From NCBI GenBank assembly GCA_041746255.1, contig JBGTHM010000100.1, positions 32,001 to 96,000 on the forward strand: a DNA stretch of 64,000 bases. Direction: 5' to 3'. This DNA comes from Fibrobacteria bacterium (GTDB lineage: Bacteria > Fibrobacterota > Fibrobacteria > UBA11236). How positions within the stretch are numbered: the first letter of the stretch is position 1; every line of letters begins with the position of its first letter. Position numbers and translations under genes: made by a program. This document shows positions 48,136 to 56,697 of this stretch, in pieces. The notes beneath the pieces are model-generated. The model worked only from the letters and a program-made list of their open reading frames with translations. It was not told the origin of the DNA and did no database searches.

Positions 48136-48984
48136 CTACCGTGTAATCGCTGCATTCTGCTCCTGACGCGGCTGCGGTCTCTCAATACCACGAAGGTTCG
48201 ATAATATCCAATAAAATCCGGATGGCTGCACCGGGAAAACCGGTTCTAACATCGGTTCAATCAATGCTACTTCATTTCCCGGAAAAGAAATCCCTGCGAA
48301 ATTCAGTGAAAGACTGGATGGCGATTCTTCCCGAAAGGCGTTGATGGCGGAGAAAATCCATTTAGCGCCTACCGGTTGAAATCCGTCCAACTTCAAGGTT
48401 TTCTGCTCCTGCCTTCTCAAGTCGAAAAAGGTTATCCGCTTTGGCAATACCGGATTTTTCGAAAAAGCGATTTCCAGTTTCGAATAAAAACTCTGGTACT
48501 TTGGACTCATTCCCAGGGTCACCTGATAGGTGGAATCGGATTCTTGAAATTGCGTGCACGAACCCGCTTCGGCAAGATACCCGGAAGGTACTTTCGCCAA
48601 ATCCTCATAGGTCAGTACCCCATTCACCGCGAACTTCCGCCATTGCCGATTTCCGATACGGCGAATCCGGCCTGTTTGCGTATCTTCCATCCACTGTTCT
48701 CGACCATGGCCTGATGAATGGTGGATAAAGCTTTCGAGGGAACTTTCGAGGGTAAATTTTCTCTCCCCTTCGCCGTCCCGGAATTCCCAATGACCCTTCC
48801 AGGAAATCGGGCCTAGCAAGGGGTCGTATTTCACCCCTTCGACCCTGGCCGAGAATGGGCCTTGATGCAAATTATTCAAAGCCTCTTCCACCACCATGGT
48901 GCAAGTGCTTTTTGCCTGGTCATCGGCCGAAACGCTTGATGCCAAACCATAGATCAATATCAGGAACGTAAAAGTCTTATTCAT
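48136..48984 (-). CDS. LolA-like outer-membrane lipoprotein-sorting family protein
   Basis: Signal peptide; GRIRRI...LTYEDL, YSK, FFD....KTL pattern. Confidence 0.7.
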   Translation of the reverse strand: MNKTFTFLILIYGLASSVSADDQAKSTCTMVVEEALNNLHQGPFSARVEGVKYDPLLGPISWKGHWEFRDGEGERKFTLESSLESFIHHSSGHGREQWMEDTQTGRIRRIGNRQWRKFAVNGVLTYEDLAKVPSGYLAEAGSCTQFQESDSTYQVTLGMSPKYQSFYSKLEIAFSKNPVLPKRITFFDLRRQEQKTLKLDGFQPVGAKWIFSAINAFREESPSSLSLNFAGISFPGNEVALIEPMLEPVFPVQPSGFYWILSNLRGIERPQPRQEQNAAITR

Positions 48985-49117
48985 GCTTATTGCCGGGGCG
49001 CGGATTAAGGATTATTACCGGGTGTTTCCGCCACCTTGACCTCAAGTGATGATAAAAAATAATCCTCCCGCGCGCTCGCAATTTCGGAGAAAGTTTCCAA
49101 AATCGGCTTTAGCGCCT

Positions 49118-49144
49118 AAAAAAATGGCTCCCCTGCGGGAGCCA
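49118..49144 (-). terminator. Intrinsic terminator after recA
   Basis: TGGCTCCC/GGGAGCCA stem with an adjacent A7 (U-tract on the minus strand). Confidence 0.85.
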
Positions 49145-49170
49145 AAATGGAAATTCGGAAGGAATGAAGA

Positions 49171-50280
49171 TTACCCCCCTGCTTGCTCTGCCAGTTGAAT
49201 ATCGCTCCAGTCTTCTTCCAGAGCGGAATCGTCCGATGAGGGTTTAACGGTTTCCAAAGTCGACTTCAGGGTTTGGCGCACTTTGCCTTCGATTTCTTCG
49301 AGAATGTTTTTGTTTTCTTTGAGATAATCCCGGGCCCGATCGCGCCCCTGACCCAATCTTTCCTTACCATAGGAGAACCAAGTACCGCTTTTTTGAATAA
49401 TTTCCAATTCCGTGGCCAAATCCAACAAACTGCCCTCGCGCGATATACCTTTTCCATAAAGGATATCGAATTCGCATTGTTTGAAAGGAGCCGCCAATTT
49501 ATTCTTGACCACCTTGACCTTGGTACGGTTTCCAATCACCGTTTCGCCCTCTTTCAGAGTGGCGATTTTCCGGATATCCAGGCGTATCGAAGAATAAAAT
49601 TTCAGCGCGTTACCACCTGTAGTGGTTTCAGGGTTGCCGAACATGACACCGATTTTCATCCGCAATTGATTGATGAAGATAAGGCAGCAATGGGAGCGAT
49701 TGACTATGCCGGTCAACTTACGCAAAGCCTGAGACATTAATCGAGCCTGCAATCCCATATGGGAGTCACCCATTTCACCATTGATTTCAGCTTGAGGCAC
49801 CAAGGCGGCAACGGAGTCCACGACAATGATGTCGATGGCATTGCTACGCACCAGCGTTTCGACTATATCCAGCGCCTGTTCGCCGGTATCGGGTTGTGAC
49901 ACCAGAAGGTTATCGATATCGACTCCCAATTTTCTTGCATAAAGGGCGTCGAAGGCATGCTCCGCATCGATAAAAGCGGCGACGCCTCCATTCTTTTGGG
50001 ATTCGGCCAGGGCATGCAGTGCCAGGGTGGTTTTACCCGAAGACTCCGGCCCATAGATTTCGACGATGCGACCCTTGGGCAAGCCACCTATGCCTAGGGA
50101 CATGTCCAATTGAATACACCCCGTGCTGATGACGGGGATATCCAGGATTTCCTGGGTACCCAGGGTCATGATGGACCCCTTGCCGTGATTCTTTTCAATT
50201 TGAGCCACTGCGGCCTCTACAGCCCGCTTGCGGTTTGAAGTGTCATCGGTGATTATGACGGAATTTTTTTTAGCCGACAT
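49171..50280 (-). CDS. recA: Recombinase RecA
   Basis: [45 protein letters not shown]. Confidence 0.99.
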   Translation of the reverse strand: MSAKKNSVIITDDTSNRKRAVEAAVAQIEKNHGKGSIMTLGTQEILDIPVISTGCIQLDMSLGIGGLPKGRIVEIYGPESSGKTTLALHALAESQKNGGVAAFIDAEHAFDALYARKLGVDIDNLLVSQPDTGEQALDIVETLVRSNAIDIIVVDSVAALVPQAEINGEMGDSHMGLQARLMSQALRKLTGIVNRSHCCLIFINQLRMKIGVMFGNPETTTGGNALKFYSSIRLDIRKIATLKEGETVIGNRTKVKVVKNKLAAPFKQCEFDILYGKGISREGSLLDLATELEIIQKSGTWFSYGKERLGQGRDRARDYLKENKNILEEIEGKVRQTLKSTLETVKPSSDDSALEEDWSDIQLAEQAGG

Positions 50281-50320
50281 GGAAGAGTCTCCTTTTGTTG
50301 AGTTAATAATTACAAATTGC

Positions 50321-50334
50321 TGCTCATATGTGCA
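50321..50334. promoter_or_regulatory. Putative LexA operator (SOS box), Fibrobacter type
   Basis: TGCTC-ATAT-GTGCA, 41-54 nt upstream of the recA start; fits TGCNC-N4-GTGCA and overlaps a TTGCAC -35-like hexamer on the minus strand. Confidence 0.7.
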
Positions 50335-50343
50335 AGTGCTTTT

Positions 50344-51618
50344 TTAAGCAGATACACTTTTTTCGGGGCTCGGATGGTCCCCCTCCAGTAAAGTCAAACG
50401 CAGGAAATTGAGCATGGCATAGGCGGCTGCCCAACGAATCGTGGTTCTATCGCCCCTAAAGTGCCATAGAGAGCTGTTTATTGAGAGGTTATTCCCTATA
50501 GCCATCCAGACGGTTCCCACAGGCTTATCTTCGGTGCCTCCCGCCGGTCCGGCTAGACCCGAAGTCGCACAGGCATAATCCGCTCCACTTCGCTCTAGGC
50601 AGCCCGCCACCATGGCTTCCACCACCTGGCGTGAAACTGCCCCATAACGAGACAACATATCTTCCGGAACCCCCAAAAACCGGGTTTTGGTCTGATTCGA
50701 ATAGGTGAGAAATCCACCTTTGAAAAAACCTGAGCTACCCGGCCTTCCCGTCAGCAAAAAGGCTAAGGCGCCCGTGGTACAGGATTCCGCGACCGCTATC
50801 GTGAATTTTTTTTCCAGGATCAGATTATGCAAAGTACCGCAAAGGTCGAGTCCATCGGGATGCACCAGGGTTTCGGCGGGTAAGGCGCCAAGAACTCGAG
50901 CCCAATTGCTTTCCAGTTTCGTCTGGACTTCAGTCGCTTGTGAAGCCGGACAGCGCATTTTCAGGGAGATTTCCACACCCCTTTCGGAAGGAAGGCTGGA
51001 AAAATCGAAACCCGGATCCAGAGTTAAACCCTCTAATCTCCGCCTTTGTTCGGACTCGGGTAATCCAAACGTCCAAATCTTCTTCTCCAGCAGCTGTCCA
51101 TTGCTGGCTAGAGCGGGCAGCAAATGGTTGGCAACCATATACCTTAATTCGGAAGGCACGCCTGGAAATGCGAATATCTTGAGGTCCCCCGCATGAGCAA
51201 GGATGCCGCAAGCGGTGCCGGCCTCATTGCGTAAAGCCCGGCTACCGAGGGGAATCAGCGATTGCCTTTCCTGGCTCTCACCTAACTGCTCTTCGGGCCT
51301 TTTCAAATAAGCGGCCATCCACTGCCGGGCTTCGGCCGAAGCCTCCAGCGTAACATCCAAGTATCGGGCCAATGCCTGTCGCGTCCTATCGTCATGGGTT
51401 GGGCCCAATCCCCCCGTCATTACCACGGCGTCAACGGGAAAGGTTTTGGTCGCGGACTCCAAAGCCTGAAGAATCCGCCCTTCGTCGTCTCCCACGGTGA
51501 AACTGAAAAGGACCTCATGACCTAAAGGATAAAGCAAAGTGGCGATATCCCTGCAATTGGTGTTCAACACCTTTCCATCCAAAAGTTCAGAGCCGATGAC
51601 GAGAATGCCGATGCGCAT
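50344..51618 (-). CDS. cinA: CinA family competence/damage-inducible protein (NMN deamidase C-terminal domain)
   Basis: IGSELLDG..NTN, TGGLGPTHDD, FPGVPSE, AESCT, YGAVS, KPVGTV. Confidence 0.95.
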   Translation of the reverse strand: MRIGILVIGSELLDGKVLNTNCRDIATLLYPLGHEVLFSFTVGDDEGRILQALESATKTFPVDAVVMTGGLGPTHDDRTRQALARYLDVTLEASAEARQWMAAYLKRPEEQLGESQERQSLIPLGSRALRNEAGTACGILAHAGDLKIFAFPGVPSELRYMVANHLLPALASNGQLLEKKIWTFGLPESEQRRRLEGLTLDPGFDFSSLPSERGVEISLKMRCPASQATEVQTKLESNWARVLGALPAETLVHPDGLDLCGTLHNLILEKKFTIAVAESCTTGALAFLLTGRPGSSGFFKGGFLTYSNQTKTRFLGVPEDMLSRYGAVSRQVVEAMVAGCLERSGADYACATSGLAGPAGGTEDKPVGTVWMAIGNNLSINSSLWHFRGDRTTIRWAAAYAMLNFLRLTLLEGDHPSPEKSVSA

Positions 51619-51798
51619 GAATAGATTCCCGATTCCGATTAAAAGTTATTAGGGGTAAATCCGGTTGGAATTCATATCTTATCGTCCGATTCGACGATAT
51701 GATGACAAGCCCAATCGCCCTTCCCCATATTTCACATTTTCAAATATACCAGCCACTCCGGGACAAATACTGTCCCTATAGAAATTAACTTTTCATCC

Positions 51799-52779
51799 AT
51801 GCGAAACCGGGTACCTACGGTTCTAATGGCGCTCTTTTCTCTGGCAGCGGCCTTTTCCGGAGCCTATGCGCAAGGCAATTCCGGGATCCCGGCTATCGAC
51901 AGCTTGCCGCGTTACGATTGGGCCGAACCCTCGGAACCGCTTTTCTACCGGGATGCCCTTATCTACTCCCTCTTGATTCCAGGCGGTGGTCAGATATACG
52001 CCCGTCGCCCAATTCGTGCGGGCTTTTTAGTGGGCCTGGAAGGTCTGTTATTTTCGCAGGGTTTTTTAGCCAACCATTATATCCTGGAAAACCGAAACCG
52101 TGAAATCCGTACCCGTCTCGATTCCGCGGACGCGCTATACGATAACATGGTCCGGGATCCCGAACAAATCGGCACCCAACAGGGCATTCGTTATGAACAG
52201 ATAACCCATGCCCGGCGCAGTCTGGACGCCAAGGTCAGACAGCAGGACTTGGCGAATTCGCAAATCGCATGGGCCTTTGGTTTGCATTTTTACGGAATCA
52301 TGGACGCGATGGAATTGGTTTACCGCAGCCGCGTGGACGATCGCAAGGAGCGCTCGCTTACAACCGCCCTCTGGTATGGACTGGCCTTCCCCGGGGGGGG
52401 TCAAATGTATAATCGCCGCTTCGGTAAATTCGGTATGCTTTGGATGGCACTTGGCGGCAGCGTGGTATCCGCGGTTTCGCGCCAAAACGTCGTGGACCAT
52501 TTTCTGGAGCGACGTGACGTACTGCGGGCGGAAGCGGACTTGCCGTATGCGGAGCAGGGCCGGGTATCCGTGAATAGGGAGATAAGCAATCTGGACCAGG
52601 AGCTTACTCTCTACCGGAAACGTCGCAACCAGTATTTTTGGGGCTTAGCCTTGATTTATACCTATGCCATAGTGGATGGCATGGTGGACGCAGCGCTTTC
52701 GGATTTCGATCACCCCAAACGATTTGCGTTGGAAACCGGAGACAGCCCCTATTCCCTCCAGCTCAGTTTAAGATTCTAG
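51799..52779 (+). CDS. Exported/membrane protein with two DUF5683-like repeats
   Basis: SLLIPGGGQIY and LAFPGGGQMYN, each followed by Y...DA; ends LSLRF. Confidence 0.7.
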   Translation: MRNRVPTVLMALFSLAAAFSGAYAQGNSGIPAIDSLPRYDWAEPSEPLFYRDALIYSLLIPGGGQIYARRPIRAGFLVGLEGLLFSQGFLANHYILENRNREIRTRLDSADALYDNMVRDPEQIGTQQGIRYEQITHARRSLDAKVRQQDLANSQIAWAFGLHFYGIMDAMELVYRSRVDDRKERSLTTALWYGLAFPGGGQMYNRRFGKFGMLWMALGGSVVSAVSRQNVVDHFLERRDVLRAEADLPYAEQGRVSVNREISNLDQELTLYRKRRNQYFWGLALIYTYAIVDGMVDAALSDFDHPKRFALETGDSPYSLQLSLRF

Positions 52780-52808
52780 CGCCGCAAATCCCATTAGCGC
52801 GAACCCTA

Positions 52809-53627
52809 CTAATCATCCCACTCCGGTGCCAATTCGCTGGGGTTGATCAAACGGCCATTCTTGGGGAGCGCGTCGATTTGCGCCCTATCTTCCGAGGATA
52901 ATTCAAAGTCGAAAATATCCAGATTGGCTTGTTGATGGTCACGAGAGGTGGCTTTGGGCAACGCCACCACCTGGGGCTGATCGCAAAGCCATTTCAACGC
53001 GATTTGTCCCGCGGTCTTTGCATACTTCACTCCGATTTCCCGGAGCTTAGGCTCATCCAGTACCGTCCCTCGGCCTAGGGGAGCGTAGGCAGCAACCATT
53101 ATATCATGGGCCTTTGCCACGCGAAGGATTTTCTCCTGCCCGAGTAACGGATGGTATTCAACTTGGATGCTGAAAATTGACTCTAAAGCAATTGCCTTTT
53201 CCAACAAAGCCGAAGGGAAATTACTTACGCCGATGTGGCGGACCCGACCGGCTTCGCGAAGCGTGGTAAGGGCCTGCAAGGTTTCTTCCAACGGAATAAG
53301 CGGATTGGGCCAATGGATGAGCATTAAATCGACATAATCGGTTCCCAGATTCTTGAGGCTGGACTCCGCGCTTTTACGGACCCCCAGCGAATCCAGATCA
53401 GTCGGCCAAATTTTGGAAGTGATGAAAAGGTCTTGCCGAGCGATACCCGCGCCTTTCAAGCCTGCTCCGACTTCCGCTTCATTCTTATATATCGGTGCAG
53501 TATCGATATGCCGGTACCCGGATTCCAATGCGGATTCCACTGCTTGTTGGCACTCGTTCCGCATTAACCGATAGGTGCCGAAGCCCAATACCGGAACTGC
53601 TACTCCCTGGAAAGTTTTAATATCCAT
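52809..53627 (-). CDS. Aldo/keto reductase
   Basis: LGFGTY, GYRHIDTA..Y.NE, LIHWP, IGVSNF. Confidence 0.95.
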   Translation of the reverse strand: MDIKTFQGVAVPVLGFGTYRLMRNECQQAVESALESGYRHIDTAPIYKNEAEVGAGLKGAGIARQDLFITSKIWPTDLDSLGVRKSAESSLKNLGTDYVDLMLIHWPNPLIPLEETLQALTTLREAGRVRHIGVSNFPSALLEKAIALESIFSIQVEYHPLLGQEKILRVAKAHDIMVAAYAPLGRGTVLDEPKLREIGVKYAKTAGQIALKWLCDQPQVVALPKATSRDHQQANLDIFDFELSSEDRAQIDALPKNGRLINPSELAPEWDD

Positions 53628-53704
53628 GAATTCATCCCCCCTACCCTTAGGAAGGTAACATAATTGCTGTGGTGCAGCGTGGTTCACTCGTGCACCTAGG
53701 GCGT

Positions 53705-54100
53705 TTAAAACAGGCTGCGCCAAAGGCTGCGGAGGATATGCCCATAGGCCTGGCGCCGAGTCAAAGAGTTTTCCAGGTGTTCCCGCAAACATGCTTCCAG
53801 GCTGGGAGGCTCAAGAATTCGCATCCAACGGCGCAGGCGGAAATCGTAATAGATTTCGCGATGATCATGCGGCCAATCCCGGGGCACCGACTCTAACAGA
53901 TTCAGTGCCATTTTGGGATTAAGGCCTTCTCTTAGCAGGGGAAGCAAAAATCGTTTCAGTGTAGCTGCGTGGATGGGGGACGCAGCGGACCCACGCTTAT
54001 ATTCCTGAAGAATATTTTCCAGGTGGACATGCTCCTCGGCAGTGAGGGCATCTCCCACTTCGCCGGGAGGTTGGGATGCGCCTTCAAAAAAATTCTCCAT
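53705..54100 (-). CDS. Hypothetical protein
   Basis: ORF fills the gap co-directionally with the AKR gene; no motif; start 54100 or 54136. Confidence 0.5.
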   Translation of the reverse strand: MENFFEGASQPPGEVGDALTAEEHVHLENILQEYKRGSAASPIHAATLKRFLLPLLREGLNPKMALNLLESVPRDWPHDHREIYYDFRLRRWMRILEPPSLEACLREHLENSLTRRQAYGHILRSLWRSLF

Positions 54101-54161
54101 GCACCGATTTTCCCATTCTGTTACAGTCAACGCCAACCCCGAGAAATGCTACTAAGGGTAT

Positions 54162-55682
54162 ATGCATGGATTCCAGTGGACCTTACCTGCCCTTATTTTG
54201 TTTTTATTGGCTTTTCCCTGCCCCAGCGTGAACGCCTTCGGCCCGACCACTTCACGTCTGCCCCGCATCGATGACGCCCGGCTCGACTCGGCCCTGGCGC
54301 GTACCGCTCGCGGAATAATCCGACGCAACGTCGATCCCTATAGCGATGGCCTGGTACATCGCCCCAAATCCGAGGAGCCGGGCGACGCCGTATCGGAAGG
54401 CCAGGCCTATGGAATGATTGTGGCCTTATACTCCGGCGATCAAGCCAACTTCAACCGGATCTGGGACGCCGCGGAACGGGCCATGTGGAACAATTCCAGC
54501 AAGCTGTATGATTGGCGCGTGGGAGCCAACGGTAAAATCATCGGAACGGGAATGGCTACCGATGCCGATCAAGACATCGCGCTGGTCTTGCTTTTCGCGG
54601 ACTCCTTGGCTTCCAAGGGAGTTTGGAAACACCATAAAGGACCGAAAGGGGCGAGTTACCGGCAAAGAGCCATGGAAATCATCCACAGCATTTGGAATTC
54701 CGCGGTGGTGGAAGGCAAATACCTGGCTCCCGGAGCCGGATGGGGAGGGAGCGACTTCGTCAATCCCGGCTATTTCTCGCCGGCCAATCTTAAAATTTTT
54801 GCCCAAGTCGACCCGCATCACAATTGGAATAGCGTGATCAACCAATGCTATCAGACCCTATTCGCCAGCCCCGGCGCCTCCAAAGGGTTGCTGCCCGATT
54901 GGATGACTCCGCATGGATCCTATTTCGACGGAGAGCTGGGATATAATGCCTACAGGCAAGGCCGTGCCATGTATAAGGACGCCATTCGCGTGCATTGGCG
55001 CATGGCTCTGGATTGGCTCTGGTTCGGCGATACCCGCGCGAAAAAATGGCTCGACGCCGCTACCGCTTTCATCGAAACTCCCGAGCGGGCGAATTTTTAT
55101 ACCATGGATGGGAGCATACTTCCGGCAGGAGAAACCTTTACTCTGGGTGACGGACAATTAAGATCACGGAGAGAACACAGCGAGCTCACGGTGGCGATGT
55201 GGGCTTGCGCCCCCTTCTCCACCCGGGGGCCTGAAGGTTCTAAGGATTGGGCGGAAGCCTTGCTGGCCTTCGCGCCCGCACAAAACGATGCTTGGGGCCG
55301 CCCCTCCGACGCACAGATTGCCGGGCGAATCGGTTCAGCCCCGAATGAAAATTATTTCGAACAATTTCTAGCCTGGTTCGGAGCGGCGGTGTTGGCGGGT
55401 AGGTTTTCCAACATTTGGGACGATCTGGCCCATCCGGCCTCCCTCATTCCTCCAGCACAGACGGTACAGAGATTGAGAGGGGTTCAGGGAATGAACCTTA
55501 TTGGGTACGGGGAGCGGCTCGAAATTCGCACGGTCCCACATGCAAAGGTTTTATGGTTGACGTTGGATGGAAGAATTAGGGGCCAATCTCATGCGGATAA
55601 AGAAGGATTCGCCGTTTGGAACCCGCCAAAAGGCCTATCAGGATTGATTTTCGCAAGAATTGAGGGCCGAAGCTTACCCTAA
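54162..55682 (+). CDS. Secreted glycoside hydrolase family 8
   Basis: Signal peptide; VSEGQAYGM, ATDADQDIA, NPGYF, GLLPDW, KDAIR. Confidence 0.92.
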   Translation: MHGFQWTLPALILFLLAFPCPSVNAFGPTTSRLPRIDDARLDSALARTARGIIRRNVDPYSDGLVHRPKSEEPGDAVSEGQAYGMIVALYSGDQANFNRIWDAAERAMWNNSSKLYDWRVGANGKIIGTGMATDADQDIALVLLFADSLASKGVWKHHKGPKGASYRQRAMEIIHSIWNSAVVEGKYLAPGAGWGGSDFVNPGYFSPANLKIFAQVDPHHNWNSVINQCYQTLFASPGASKGLLPDWMTPHGSYFDGELGYNAYRQGRAMYKDAIRVHWRMALDWLWFGDTRAKKWLDAATAFIETPERANFYTMDGSILPAGETFTLGDGQLRSRREHSELTVAMWACAPFSTRGPEGSKDWAEALLAFAPAQNDAWGRPSDAQIAGRIGSAPNENYFEQFLAWFGAAVLAGRFSNIWDDLAHPASLIPPAQTVQRLRGVQGMNLIGYGERLEIRTVPHAKVLWLTLDGRIRGQSHADKEGFAVWNPPKGLSGLIFARIEGRSLP

Positions 55683-55733
55683 AAACCTTTCTAATTTTTA
55701 AATTCCACCCCGGTAGGAAAAGGAAACGGTAAG

Positions 55734-56645
55734 ATGACTCAAAGTGAATGCATCGGAACAAATCCTTCTTTCCCGATTTTGTGGAAACTTCTCTTTTCAG
55801 TCATGCTTTTTTACTCATCCGCACATTGTCAATCTCAATGGCAGCGGGGTGAGCTGCTCTACCAGGAGGACTTCTCCGACGCAACACTCAACAATTGGGT
55901 CATTGAAGTACAAAAACCCAGTGCTTCCAAAATTATCGCGAAGGACGGAAAAATGCATATCGATGTTCCTGAAGGCGTGCTTGTCTGGTTCAAGCATAAG
56001 CTGGAAGGAGACATTCTCATACAATACGATATGGAAGTGATTAAGAAGGGCGGACCCAACGACCGCGTGTCGGACTTGAATCAGTTTTGGATGGCATCGG
56101 ATCCAAAAAATCCCAACCTGTTCACCCGCAACGGCAATTTCCCCGACTACCATGGCCTGCTGCTCTATTATGTGGGAATGGGAGGTGCAAACAATACGAC
56201 CACCCGGTTTCGAAAATATCCCGGGGACGGTACCCGCCCGTTATTACTGGAACATTTGGATAAAGATCATCTTATCAAGGCCAATACAATACACTCCGTG
56301 CAAATCGTTTGTTATAAGGGTACGACCCAGTTCATCGTAAATGGAGAAGTTTTTTTCAATTATAAGGATCCCAAACCCATTACAGCCGGGCATTTCGGCT
56401 TTCGCACCGTTCAGAATCACGAAACCGCGGATAATTTCAAGGTATACCGATTGGTGGATGCAAGTACTTCGTCTATTGGAAAATCGACTAAGCAAGACTT
56501 CTCTCCTCGTTTCGGCAATGGATTCCGGGTTAATGGCAGAAGGATCGATTTATCAAATATTAACCCTGTGTTGAGGGATGGCCCGGTATTTCAGATTAAT
56601 ACTGACGGACGTGCGAAAATCTCGGATTTCCAACCTGATAAATAA
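55734..56645 (+). CDS. Secreted concanavalin-like protein (DUF6250/YesU-like)
   Basis: Signal peptide; LLY.EDF, VWFKHKL.G, DRVSDLNQFWMASDP, YYVGMGG..NTTTRFR.Y, GHFGFRT. Confidence 0.75.
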   Translation: MTQSECIGTNPSFPILWKLLFSVMLFYSSAHCQSQWQRGELLYQEDFSDATLNNWVIEVQKPSASKIIAKDGKMHIDVPEGVLVWFKHKLEGDILIQYDMEVIKKGGPNDRVSDLNQFWMASDPKNPNLFTRNGNFPDYHGLLLYYVGMGGANNTTTRFRKYPGDGTRPLLLEHLDKDHLIKANTIHSVQIVCYKGTTQFIVNGEVFFNYKDPKPITAGHFGFRTVQNHETADNFKVYRLVDASTSSIGKSTKQDFSPRFGNGFRVNGRRIDLSNINPVLRDGPVFQINTDGRAKISDFQPDK

Positions 56646-56673
56646 AAAGGCGCCCCGGAAAATCCGGGACGCC
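56644..56673 (-). terminator. Intrinsic terminator between convergent genes
   Basis: AAAAA-GGCGCCCCGGA-AAA-TCCGGGACGCC. Confidence 0.75.
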
Positions 56674-56697
56674 ATTGTAAAAATGAGTCGATAAATA

